Of a DNA stretch of 64,000 nt, positions 41,115-50,142 are shown piece by piece. Positions within the stretch are counted from its first letter, which is position 1; every line of letters begins with the position of its first letter. Under the pieces are notes generated by a model, which worked only from the letters and a program-made list of their open reading frames with translations, was not told the origin of the DNA and did not search any database. The stretch comes from Candidatus Falkowbacteria bacterium (GTDB taxonomy: Bacteria; Patescibacteriota; Patescibacteriia; CAIXNZ01): contig CAVZGV010000003.1 of the NCBI GenBank assembly GCA_963774955.1, positions 128,771 through 192,770 on the forward strand, read 5' to 3'. The position numbers were made by a program, and so were the translations under genes.

Positions 41115-41270
41115 TTAGCCGCCGCAACCGGCACAATAATCAGACGTGTGCGCAGCCGGGTTGCACGGACTGATGCCGTCGAGACAAAACACTCTGGTTT
41201 TGGGTTTTCGTGCTGTTTGAGAAAGCTTTTCCTTTTTACGTTTCTCCCTAGATTTTTTGACTTTGTCCAT
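41115..41270 (-). CDS. 51-aa Lys-rich/Cys-rich small ORF directly downstream of tRNA-Asn
   Basis: RBS GGAGGA 7 nt before the ATG. MDKVKKSREKRKKEKLSQTARKPKTRVFCLDGISPCNPAAHTSDYCAGCGG. Below the 60-aa track cutoff. Confidence 0.3.
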   Translation of the reverse strand: MDKVKKSREKRKKEKLSQTARKPKTRVFCLDGISPCNPAAHTSDYCAGCGG

Positions 41271-41334
41271 GATCTTATCCTCCTTATTGATCGTGTTCTT
41301 GCCTACTAATAAGTAACATGGTTTTGTATTGTTG

Positions 41335-41406
41335 CTCCGGGGGTGGGATTCGAACCCACGACCAATTGATTAACAGTCAACTGCGCTACCGCTGCGCTAC
41401 CCCGGA
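41335..41406 (-). tRNA. tRNA-Asn (anticodon GUU)
   Basis: Hand fold: U1-A72 acceptor TCCGGGG/CCCCGGA, D arm GCGC-AGCGGTA-GCGC, anticodon arm GTTGA-CTGTTAA-TCAAT, T arm GTGGG-TTCGAAT-CCCAC, discriminator G. Matches E. coli tRNA-Asn architecture. Confidence 0.8.
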
Positions 41407-41551
41407 AGATTTAATAACCAATCATAACATGAATGATAAATAAAAAAACCGATTGGTTTTCAGTTTCTAAGGAAATAATATCATAAAATAAAAGGGCAGT
41501 CAATAACAGCAGAATCTTATAATATTTACGAAATTTTATAATCCAGGTGGC

Positions 41552-43012
41552 TTAGAGTGTGCCCAGATCAAGCGTTTGCGTAATCTTGATTTGATCAACA
41601 AATTCATAGGCATGGCTGACCAAAATCAGGGCGCCGGCATAGTCATTTAAGGCTTTGGCAATTACGGGCAGATGCCTGAAATTAATATGGTTGGTCGGTT
41701 CATCCATGATCAAGAGTCCTGGTTTTTGTAAAACAAATCTGGCATAACAGAGCAAACCTTTTTGACCTTCGGACAGGGATCCGACTTTATTTCTTAAAAT
41801 TTCAGAGGATAATAAAAATTGTGCCGCGGTCGCATAAATAGTTTGATTGAAGGGGATATCCATCATTTCTTCCAGCGCCTGATAAGCAGTTTTATTGAAA
41901 TCAAGTCCGGAAAAATCTTGCTGATAATAACCGATGGTAATATCTTTGGATATTTGGGCGCCTGGTTCACTACCTTCGGCCAGAGCTTTTAATAAAGTAC
42001 TTTTGCCGATGCCGTTGGGTCCTTTGATTAAAAGTTTTGATTTGGTATGAATTTCGATGGGATTAGTCAGCGTTTTTTTTACTGCTTTATGATTAATCAT
42101 TACACCAACAGACTTGATTTGAGCAATTACTCCGACCAAATCCGGCTGAACAGGGATGGTAAAATTATTGATAGTTCTGTCTTCCTGTCTTTCGTCTACT
42201 ATTGTTTCTTCGGCATCTTCCACTTGATCCCGCAATTTGCTGGCTAAGCGGCGCATTTTACCGCCTTTGTTGGCAAAAAAATTAATTTTTTCTTTGCGAT
42301 CCTGGATACTTCTTTTTAATTGGGCATTCTTAGCCCGTTCTCGTTCAATCTGGGCTTCAATTTCAATCAGTACGTCATAATAGTTGCCAACATATTGCTC
42401 GACTTTTTGGGTATAAGAATCCAGATAAAGCACGCCGTCGGTAAAAGTATTGAGAAAATCAGCATCATGAGAAATTACCAGGCAGGTTTTGGGATATTCC
42501 ACCAGGAAGTCGGTCAGATGTTTAATGCCAGCACTGTCTAAATTATTGGTGGGTTCGTCCAGTAATAAAATATCAGGTTCTTGAATTAAGGCATAGGCCA
42601 AAAGCAGTCGCGCCTGCTGACCGCCGGAAAATTGAATTATCTTGCGATCAAGCGGAGCACTCAAGTGAACAATGTCTAAGACCTTTTTAATTTTTTTGGG
42701 CAGATCATAGATTTTTTTAGCAAAAGCATCGCTAAAATATTCTTCAATGGTTTTGTCCATGTTTTCCCGATTCATGACCTGCAAGGCAATGGCAATGGTC
42801 GTGCCGGGGGTAACTGAGACCTGACCTTCGTTAGGTTTCAAATCCCCGGTAATTAATTTGAAAATAGTACTTTTACCCGCGCCGTTTTGGCCCATGATGG
42901 TGATTTTGGTATTTTCGCGCACAGAAAAACTAGCCTCGGTTAAAATGGGCTTGTTTTTATCGTAGTGAAAAATTACTTCGTTAAAGCGGATAATGACATT
43001 ACCTGGATTCAT
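41552..43012 (-). CDS. ABC-F family ATPase (tandem NBDs, no TMD)
   Basis: Two Walker A motifs (GQNGAGKST, GPNGIGKST) and two signature motifs (LSGGQQARL, LSEGQKGLL) with a charged linker. Confidence 0.8.
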   Translation of the reverse strand: MNPGNVIIRFNEVIFHYDKNKPILTEASFSVRENTKITIMGQNGAGKSTIFKLITGDLKPNEGQVSVTPGTTIAIALQVMNRENMDKTIEEYFSDAFAKKIYDLPKKIKKVLDIVHLSAPLDRKIIQFSGGQQARLLLAYALIQEPDILLLDEPTNNLDSAGIKHLTDFLVEYPKTCLVISHDADFLNTFTDGVLYLDSYTQKVEQYVGNYYDVLIEIEAQIERERAKNAQLKRSIQDRKEKINFFANKGGKMRRLASKLRDQVEDAEETIVDERQEDRTINNFTIPVQPDLVGVIAQIKSVGVMINHKAVKKTLTNPIEIHTKSKLLIKGPNGIGKSTLLKALAEGSEPGAQISKDITIGYYQQDFSGLDFNKTAYQALEEMMDIPFNQTIYATAAQFLLSSEILRNKVGSLSEGQKGLLCYARFVLQKPGLLIMDEPTNHINFRHLPVIAKALNDYAGALILVSHAYEFVDQIKITQTLDLGTL

Positions 43013-43163
43013 AGTTAGAAGATTATAATAAAGAATACAGATATTCTACCAGAAATTAAGCGTTAAGTCAATTATGTGGACAGGGTAGGTTGTATTATGA
43101 AGCGATTTGTCCTAAACTATAAAATAGCTTCTCAATCCTTGAATCTATAAGCTTTCATTAATT

Positions 43164-44360
43164 ATGAAAAAAATCATTTTAATTCTAGTTATTATTTTAA
43201 TCTTGGCCGGAGTGGGCTGTTTTTTTGTTTGGCAAAAAGTGGCCAGTTATTTTGTTTTGCCCCAGGCCGGTGATTCTTTGGCCGGTCAGCAGGAAGATCA
43301 GATTGAGAAGATGATTGCTGAACGCAGAAAGCAAAGTTTGAATTCTGATGATACTGATCCCTTTGGCGCTGACGGCATTGTTAAAATATTATTTGTTGGT
43401 CTGGATAATCGCATCGGTGAAACTAATGGTCATTGTGATGCTATTCAATTAATTGAAATAAATAAAATAAAACAAAAGATTACTGTTACGGCAGTGCCGC
43501 GCGGAACCTATTCTCCTTTGCCGGGCACTGGTCATTTGCCGACTGATTATTATGTCTCCAAGTCATGTGAAGTGGGAGGCTTAGATTATGGGGTTAAACA
43601 GATGGAAAAAATATTGGGCCAAAAAGCAGATTATTTGGTTTTTGTCGGATTTTCCCAGGCCATGGGTATTTTTAGACAGCTTGATTTGCCGGCTGAAGAA
43701 ACTATGCAGTGGCTGAGGATGCGTCAGGGCTATGCCATTGGTGAACCGCAAAGGGCCAAAAATCATTCCACTTTTATTAAACAGATGATAGTTAAATACG
43801 CGCCGCAACTGGAGTCAAAGACAAATTTGGCCCTAGGCTATGTGCTCTTTAAATTGGTTAAAACTGATTTAACTTTGAATCAGACTTTAAAATTAGCCAA
43901 TGCTGTAGTGACAATTGATCCTGCCGCACATTCTGAACGTATTCAGCTCTTAATGCGGCCGGCGTATGATGTCCAAGACATCAGTTATGACCCGACGACG
44001 ATAAATGATCATATTAATTCTTTGCTTAAGCCGATTGCCAAAGCTATTCCTGAAGGCGCGTATACAGGCGAAACTTTTGAAGAAAGCCAGCAGAAAGTAC
44101 TGGATGATATTAATCACGGGCTGGAAGATCCTGAATTTGTTGACTGGGCATATAGTAACTATGTCTGGCTGCAGATTGAAGATGAGACGCAGCGGGAAAC
44201 CAAGCATTTTGAAATTATGCAAAAATACATTGACTCGTTGGAGTCCGCTGATGAGAAAAATTTGGTAATTACAGATTATATAATTGAAATGGAAGACTTG
44301 GGCAAGGCTGATTGGGCTCAAAAGGGGAAGGAATGGCTGGAAATTAATACTTCTAAATAA
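43164..44360 (+). CDS. LytR-CpsA-Psr (LCP) family protein, membrane-anchored
   Basis: N-terminal TM helix followed by ILFVGLDNR...CDAIQLIEIN...TAVPRGTY...GGLDYGVKQMEKILGQKADYLVFVGF. Confidence 0.5.
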   Translation: MKKIILILVIILILAGVGCFFVWQKVASYFVLPQAGDSLAGQQEDQIEKMIAERRKQSLNSDDTDPFGADGIVKILFVGLDNRIGETNGHCDAIQLIEINKIKQKITVTAVPRGTYSPLPGTGHLPTDYYVSKSCEVGGLDYGVKQMEKILGQKADYLVFVGFSQAMGIFRQLDLPAEETMQWLRMRQGYAIGEPQRAKNHSTFIKQMIVKYAPQLESKTNLALGYVLFKLVKTDLTLNQTLKLANAVVTIDPAAHSERIQLLMRPAYDVQDISYDPTTINDHINSLLKPIAKAIPEGAYTGETFEESQQKVLDDINHGLEDPEFVDWAYSNYVWLQIEDETQRETKHFEIMQKYIDSLESADEKNLVITDYIIEMEDLGKADWAQKGKEWLEINTSK

Positions 44361-44400
44361 AAAATATCCCTTTGCGGTTATTAATTTAATAAGTACAAAT

Positions 44401-44494
44401 AAAAAAGACAAACCTATTTAGGGAGGAGCCGATAATCCTAACTTCATGGATTCCACGCTTCTCTCTGAATGACAACTTGCGGTTTGTCTTTTTT
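44401..44494. repeat. ~95-nt hairpin-bounded repeat element, copy 1 (bidirectional terminator position)
   Basis: 13-bp terminal inverted repeats AAAAAAGACAAACC/GGTTTGTCTTTTTT around a 66-nt core containing ATGGATTCCACG and CTCTGAATGACA. Homologous inverted copy at 62258-62350. Confidence 0.6.
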
Positions 44495-45029
44495 ATTTAT
44501 GACGATTTTTCAAATGTCTCCAAACATACCAGACAATTGCAGCAATGACCAGAATCAGCATCAGCAGATCAAAATTGTGCAAAGTCTTTTGAATCTGTTC
44601 CCAGTTATTGCCCATTTTCACGCCCAGCCAGGTAAATAAAATGCACCAGGGCAGGGCGCCGATAAAAGTATAAAATGAGAATTTTTTCAAATCCATTTTG
44701 GCGATACCGGCAGGGAAGGATATATAAGTTCTGATTACCGGCAGTAATCTGCCGAAAAAGACTGTCCAGTCGCCGTATTTTAAAAACCATTTATCAGCCA
44801 GATTCAGATCATGGCGGTAAATTAAAATATATTTACCGTATTTTTCAATTAAGGGGCGGCCGCCTTTGGCGCCTATCCAGTAAGCCAACCAGGAACCGAC
44901 TAAATTGCCCAAAGCGCCGATTATAGCCACCAGCCAAAAGTTTAATTGTCCGCTGGCTACTAAAAAGCCGGAAAAAGGCATGATTACTTCTGAAGGCAGG
45001 GGAATACCGCAGGATTCCACCAGCATCAA
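44493..45029 (-). CDS. DedA/SNARE-associated family membrane protein
   Basis: GRLLPVIRTYISFPAGIAKMD...FIGALPW. Confidence 0.7.
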   Translation of the reverse strand: MMLVESCGIPLPSEVIMPFSGFLVASGQLNFWLVAIIGALGNLVGSWLAYWIGAKGGRPLIEKYGKYILIYRHDLNLADKWFLKYGDWTVFFGRLLPVIRTYISFPAGIAKMDLKKFSFYTFIGALPWCILFTWLGVKMGNNWEQIQKTLHNFDLLMLILVIAAIVWYVWRHLKNRHK

Positions 45030-45183
45030 TAAAAAAAACCGCCATAACCAATATGGCTGATGATAAAAATTACGATTTGTGCCAAAATGGCGATAAGGTC
45101 TGCTATCATGTAATCATTATAATAAATTTTAATCTTTTGGTTAAGATTAAAGATAAATGTTTTTTGTGGTACAATATAAACAT

Positions 45184-45420
45184 ATGGCTTTTAAAGAGAA
45201 AATCAGCAGATCAATTATTAAGTCAGTTACCTTCAGGCTTTTGATTATTTTATCTGACGCAATTATCATTTTTGCTATTACCAGGCGGTATGATATAACC
45301 GTCGGCGTGATTTTCTTTTCCAATTTATCAAGCACTCTTTTGTATTTTTTTCATGAGCGGGCTTGGAATAAAGTTCACTGGGGCAAAGAAAAAAATCTAA
45401 GTAGAGAGCTTTCTGGTTGA
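45184..45420 (+). CDS. DUF2061-like small membrane protein
   Basis: SIIKSVTFRLL...LYFFHERAWNKVHWGKE. Confidence 0.45.
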   Translation: MAFKEKISRSIIKSVTFRLLIILSDAIIIFAITRRYDITVGVIFFSNLSSTLLYFFHERAWNKVHWGKEKNLSRELSG

Positions 45421-45521
45421 GATATTCGGCTAGTTAAGCCAAGATGCTTGACAAATAGTTGTCATAATCAGTAGGTTTGATAAAGTAAAGATATAATCTT
45501 AATTCTTAACTTATTACGCTT

Positions 45522-45974
45522 ATGATCGTTAAGAACATAATGAAAAGAGATGTTTTTACCATTCCGCATACTGCCACTTATTATCAGGCTGCCAAAATTT
45601 TGCATGAACATAATATTACCGGGGCACCGATTGTTGACGATGACAATACATTAATAGGCATGATAACGGAAAAAGATTTATTCAAGGTCCTTTATCCTTT
45701 CTATAAAAGCTATTATGAAAATCCTGAATTGTATTCTGATGCTTTTGACAGGGAAAGTAAAGCCAGTGAAATCAGGGATAATAAAATAGAACAGTTTTTT
45801 TCCAGGGAAATAAATACAGTCACGCCTGATACTCCTATTATGAAGGCCGGTGCCATCCTGATTGCCAAAGGTATTCATCGCATGCCGGTAGTAGATGCTA
45901 AAGGGAAAATAGTCGGCATTATTAGCCGCGGCGACATCTTCGGTGAGGTCTTGAAAATGAATTTTGGATTTTAA
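45522..45974 (+). CDS. CBS-pair domain protein
   Basis: Two CBS repeats (HNITGAPIVDDDNTLIGMITEKDL; IHRMPVVDAKGKIVGIISRGDI). Confidence 0.8.
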   Translation: MIVKNIMKRDVFTIPHTATYYQAAKILHEHNITGAPIVDDDNTLIGMITEKDLFKVLYPFYKSYYENPELYSDAFDRESKASEIRDNKIEQFFSREINTVTPDTPIMKAGAILIAKGIHRMPVVDAKGKIVGIISRGDIFGEVLKMNFGF

Positions 45975-45984
45975 GTATATATCA

Positions 45985-46016
45985 AACAGCTCCGGGTTTT
46001 CGGAGCTGTTTTTTTT
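45985..46016 (+). terminator. rho-independent terminator, followed by extended -10 promoter (TGcTATAAT) for the P-type ATPase
   Basis: AAACAGCTCCG-GGTTTT-CGGAGCTGTTT followed by TTTTT, then TGCTATAAT at about 46030-46038. Confidence 0.55.
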
Positions 46017-46047
46017 GCCGCCTAAAACTGCTATAATATAAGTAAAT

Positions 46048-48588
46048 ATGTCCAATAATAGTATTATAAAATATATTGATTTTAAGCCGGAAGAGGTTTA
46101 TCGTGTTTTGAAAACAAATCCGGCTGGTTTAGCGTCTTTGGAAATAAAAAAACGGCAAAAGTTATACGGTAAAAATGAAATCAAGGGTAAAAAACAAATT
46201 ACCGCGTTGGGAATTTTTATTTCTCAATTTAAAAATCCCTTGATCCTTATTTTGTTATTAGCCACTCTAATCTCAGGTTTTTTGGGTGAGTATGTTTCTG
46301 CCGTTATAATTTTCGTGATGGTTTTCGTGTCGGCGATTTTAGCTTTTATTCAGGAATATAATTCAGAAAAAATCATTGAGGCTTTGAAAAATAAGGTGGC
46401 TTTGCAGGCCAGTGTACTCCGGGGCGGTAAAATAAAAAATATAAATACCGCTCAATTAGTTGTTGGCGATATTGTGCTGTTGCAGGCCAGTTCCATTATC
46501 CCGGCTGATTTGCGTTTAGTTGAAACCCATAATTTAGCCGTTAATCAGGCAGTATTAAGCGGGGAGGCTTTCCCGGTGGAAAAAGATGCGGCAGCCTTGG
46601 AAAATTGTCAGCAGGTGATTGACGCCGCCAATTTGGTTTTTTGTGGCAGCCATGTGGTCCAGGGGTCTGGTAAAGGCATTGTAGCGGCTATTGGCTCGGC
46701 TACATTTTTGGGCCAAACAGCACAATTGCTTTCTTCAATCGAACCAGCGTCAGAATTTCAAAAAGGTATTTCTCAATTCGGGTATTTTTTGTTTAAAATT
46801 ATTATTTTCTTCTCTTTTGCTGTTTTTTTAATATTAGCCGTAGCTAAAGGCAATTGGCTGGAGGCCCTGCTTTTTTCTCTGGCTATTGCTGTGGGTATTT
46901 CTCCTGAATTATTGCCGATTATCATTACGATAAACCTATCTCGCGGCGCCCGGTTAATGGCCAAAAAAAATGTGGTGGTAAAGCGTTTAATGGCCATTGA
47001 AAACTTAGGTAATGCTGACGTGCTTTGCACTGACAAAACCGGGACATTGACCGAGGGTAAGGTTGAACTTAAGGATTATTTTGACTTTGCTGGCCATAAA
47101 AATGAAAACGTTTTGATTTTAAGTCAGCTTTGTAACACTTATGCTATTGATAGTCAGTCCTCTGCTAATCCTTTAGATTTGGCTATTATTAATTATGCCC
47201 AAAAATATAATAATAAAAAAACGGGTTATGTTATTGCGGATAATATACCTTTTGATTTTTATCGCCGCCGCATGAGTGTGATTCTGGAAAGACAAGGACA
47301 AAGAGAATTAGTTTGCAAAGGCGCGGTTGAAGAAGTCTTGGATACTTGCGGTTTTATTCTCGTCGGTAAGAAGATTGAGAACATTGTTGATCATTTAACA
47401 GCGGTTAGGGATAAAATTAAGAATTTGGAAGATCAAGGCTATCGCCTGATTCTGATTGCCAAAAAGCAAATTGACCGCAAGGAGAAATATATGATAGCCG
47501 ATGAGTCGGCTTTGATTTTGGAGGGTGTTTTAACTTTTATTGATCCTCCGAAAAAGACGGCCGCCGCTTCAATCCGCACTTTTTATGATCTTGGTGTCAA
47601 TGTTAAAATATTAACCGGAGATAGTGAATTAGCGACTAAGCGTTTATGCCAGGAAATCGGACATACTTATAGTAAACTGCTTACAGGTTCAGAAATCGAT
47701 AAAATGTCTGATCAGAAATTACAGAAAATAGTTTTTGCTGTTGATGTCTTTGTCAAGGTAACACCTGAACATAAATTGCGTATCGTTAAAGCCTTAAAGG
47801 AAATCAGGCATAATGTGGCTTTTTTGGGCGATGGCGTCAATGATGCGCCTGCTTTACGTGCGGCTGATGTCGGTATTTCCGTTGACAGCGCTGTGGACGT
47901 GGCCAAGGAAGCGGCAGATGTTATTTTGCTTAAAAGGGATCTTAATGTTTTAATTGACGGTATTAAAGAAGGCAGGAAAACTTTTGGTAATACCTTGAAA
48001 TATATCCTTTGCACTATCAGTTCGAATTACGGTAATATGTTTACGGTAGTGGGAGCGGCGTTATTTTTACCATTTATTCCTATGCTGCCTGTTCAGGTCA
48101 TTTTGTTGAATTTTTTAAGTGATGTGCCGATGTTGGCAATTGCTACTGATGAAGTTGACGAGGAATATATTAAAAAACCTAAACAGTGGGATATTAAAAA
48201 AATAAGGAAGTCGATGAATTATTTTGGCTTGTTATCTTCGCTGATGGATTATGTAACTTTCGGCTTTTTGATCCTTATTCTCCATGCGCCGATGGCAGTG
48301 TTTCAGGCCGGTTGGTTTTGGCAGTCATATTTGACTGAGGTCTTGTTGATTTTTGTCATCAGAACGAAGAAATGGTTTTGGCAAAGTTCGCCCAGCAAAG
48401 CTTTAAGCATTGGTAGCCTGATCACTACGCTTATCGTTATTGTTATCCTGTTTAGCAGCCTGGGCCAATATTTCGGTTTCGGAGTTTTGAGGCTTTGGCA
48501 GGCAGCTGTAATTGTCGGTATAGCCATATTTTATTTTGTCATGGTGGAATTTGTAAAAAAATATGTTTATAAGAAATTCGATATTTAA
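46048..48588 (+). CDS. mgtA: P-type ATPase, probably Mg2+-importing MgtA-type (P3B)
   Basis: DKTGTLT, TGD, GDGVNDAPAL and 10 TM helices. Subfamily call is tentative. Confidence 0.7.
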   Translation: MSNNSIIKYIDFKPEEVYRVLKTNPAGLASLEIKKRQKLYGKNEIKGKKQITALGIFISQFKNPLILILLLATLISGFLGEYVSAVIIFVMVFVSAILAFIQEYNSEKIIEALKNKVALQASVLRGGKIKNINTAQLVVGDIVLLQASSIIPADLRLVETHNLAVNQAVLSGEAFPVEKDAAALENCQQVIDAANLVFCGSHVVQGSGKGIVAAIGSATFLGQTAQLLSSIEPASEFQKGISQFGYFLFKIIIFFSFAVFLILAVAKGNWLEALLFSLAIAVGISPELLPIIITINLSRGARLMAKKNVVVKRLMAIENLGNADVLCTDKTGTLTEGKVELKDYFDFAGHKNENVLILSQLCNTYAIDSQSSANPLDLAIINYAQKYNNKKTGYVIADNIPFDFYRRRMSVILERQGQRELVCKGAVEEVLDTCGFILVGKKIENIVDHLTAVRDKIKNLEDQGYRLILIAKKQIDRKEKYMIADESALILEGVLTFIDPPKKTAAASIRTFYDLGVNVKILTGDSELATKRLCQEIGHTYSKLLTGSEIDKMSDQKLQKIVFAVDVFVKVTPEHKLRIVKALKEIRHNVAFLGDGVNDAPALRAADVGISVDSAVDVAKEAADVILLKRDLNVLIDGIKEGRKTFGNTLKYILCTISSNYGNMFTVVGAALFLPFIPMLPVQVILLNFLSDVPMLAIATDEVDEEYIKKPKQWDIKKIRKSMNYFGLLSSLMDYVTFGFLILILHAPMAVFQAGWFWQSYLTEVLLIFVIRTKKWFWQSSPSKALSIGSLITTLIVIVILFSSLGQYFGFGVLRLWQAAVIVGIAIFYFVMVEFVKKYVYKKFDI

Positions 48589-48609
48589 ATGCTCTCAAGA
48601 GAATAATTT

Positions 48610-49134
48610 ATGGGTACAATAATTTTATTTGTGTTGTTTATTCTTATCGCTACTGCGGCTCTTGCCGGAATATCTTTTGCGCCCTGGGTTCCTGCCTGGA
48701 AGAAAGATTTACCCAGGATTTTTAAATTAGCCGATATAAAGCCCGGTCAGGTTTTTTATGAACTGGGTTGCGGGGACGGCCGACTGATTTTTTATGCCAG
48801 TAAAGTATGTCAGGCAAAGGCTATTGGATTGGAGATCTCTTTACCTATGTTTTTGATCTGTAAATTCCGCCAGATATTAAAGCGTGATAAAAACGTGACT
48901 TTTAAATACAAAAATTTATTTAAGCAAAATTTAAGCGATGCCGATGTGGTTTATTTTTTCGGTATGCCTGATAAAATAAGCAAAAAACTGAAGAAGAAAC
49001 TGGAAAATGAATTAAAGCCAGGCACCAGAGTGATATCATATGCTTTTGCTATCAGCGGCTGGGAGCCTGAGACGGTTTCAAAGCCAGGACCTGTGGATAT
49101 CGCAATTTATTCATATATTATGGGCAAAATATGA
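48610..49134 (+). CDS. membrane-anchored class I SAM-dependent methyltransferase
   Basis: N-terminal TM helix and motif I ELGCGDGRLIFYAS. Confidence 0.55.
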   Translation: MGTIILFVLFILIATAALAGISFAPWVPAWKKDLPRIFKLADIKPGQVFYELGCGDGRLIFYASKVCQAKAIGLEISLPMFLICKFRQILKRDKNVTFKYKNLFKQNLSDADVVYFFGMPDKISKKLKKKLENELKPGTRVISYAFAISGWEPETVSKPGPVDIAIYSYIMGKI

Positions 49135-49215
49135 GGCTTGACACGGGCTTGAAAATTTTTTACTATATATTATATCCTATATGGGATAATCTAATTATTA
49201 AATAAAAAAGAAATT

Positions 49216-49404
49216 ATGTCTGAGGTAATTTCTATGGCAGATGAATTAATTTTGAATTCAGCCATGTTATTGGCAGATGAAGATGATGAAGAAGCAGAAG
49301 AAGCGGAAGAAGTTGAAGAAGATGATGATGCTGCTGATGATGATGAAGAAGCTGATGATGATGAAGTTGATGAATCTGACGAAGAAGAAGAAGATAACGA
49401 ATAA
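49216..49404 (+). CDS. 62-aa hyper-acidic small protein (40-residue D/E tail)
   Basis: Own AT-rich upstream region and a strong terminator at 49412-49440 (AAAAAGGGCGCTAAGTACGCCCTTTTTT). Non-periodic codon usage argues against a simple tandem repeat. Confidence 0.4.
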   Translation: MSEVISMADELILNSAMLLADEDDEEAEEAEEVEEDDDAADDDEEADDDEVDESDEEEEDNE

Positions 49405-49537
49405 ATATAAAAAGGGCGCTAAGTACGCCCTTTTTTGTTTTTTTAAACTAAATCCTGTGGGGTTTCCAAATCGCCATATATTTGCTAAACTGGCTAATAT
49501 AGATAAGTTGAATTACTTAGTAAAATTTACTAAAATT

Positions 49538-50140
49538 ATGAAAAAATATTATCTTATCGGCAGTGTTTTATTGGGAACCGTTATATTAACGGTAGTAATT
49601 ATTATGGGGGTATTAACCTGGCAAAAGTCCAGTCATGACCAAGTCTTGTCCGAAATAAGAGATCAGGTTGTGGCGGAAGAGAAGATTAGCCCTGCTAATA
49701 ATGAGTACTTCAAAGTAAAACGCAGCGAGACCAATGATCTTTATTATTACGCGGCTGACGGCAAAAGATATGTTTTTCCGACCATTGATGTTTATCGTTC
49801 CTGGTATGGAAATTTTATGATCGAAAATTTGAAAATTGCCGATTTGCAGACCCTCTACCAAACTCCCTTGGGCGGGAATGTGACTTTCCGTCCCGGCAGT
49901 TTAATGAAAACACCATCCATACCTTCAATTTATTTGGTTATAAAAAACGGATTGATCAGGCCTTTTGCCAGCCAGCAGCTTGTAGCTGAAATTTACGGCA
50001 GTGATTGGAGTAAAAAGGTCTATGAATTGCCGGAATATTATTTCAGCCAGTATCAGCTGGGAGAACCGATTAGTACCCTCAAAGACGTCCCGGCGATATC
50101 TTCTGAGATAAATATTAATCAGGATAAGGGGTTGGAGTAA
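49538..50140 (+). CDS. membrane-anchored hypothetical protein
   Basis: Start at MKKYYLIGSVLLGTVILTVV. The track ORF 49277..50140 has a K/M-rich N-terminus that is the alternative frame of the acidic gene. Confidence 0.45.
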   Translation: MKKYYLIGSVLLGTVILTVVIIMGVLTWQKSSHDQVLSEIRDQVVAEEKISPANNEYFKVKRSETNDLYYYAADGKRYVFPTIDVYRSWYGNFMIENLKIADLQTLYQTPLGGNVTFRPGSLMKTPSIPSIYLVIKNGLIRPFASQQLVAEIYGSDWSKKVYELPEYYFSQYQLGEPISTLKDVPAISSEININQDKGLE

Positions 50141-50142
50141 TT

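Noticed and set aside
49277-49537. K/M-rich N-terminal 87 residues of track ORF 49277..50140
   Set aside because: This is the alternative reading frame of the GA-rich acidic gene. It is crossed by that gene's terminator. The real downstream gene starts at 49538 (MKKYYLIG...).
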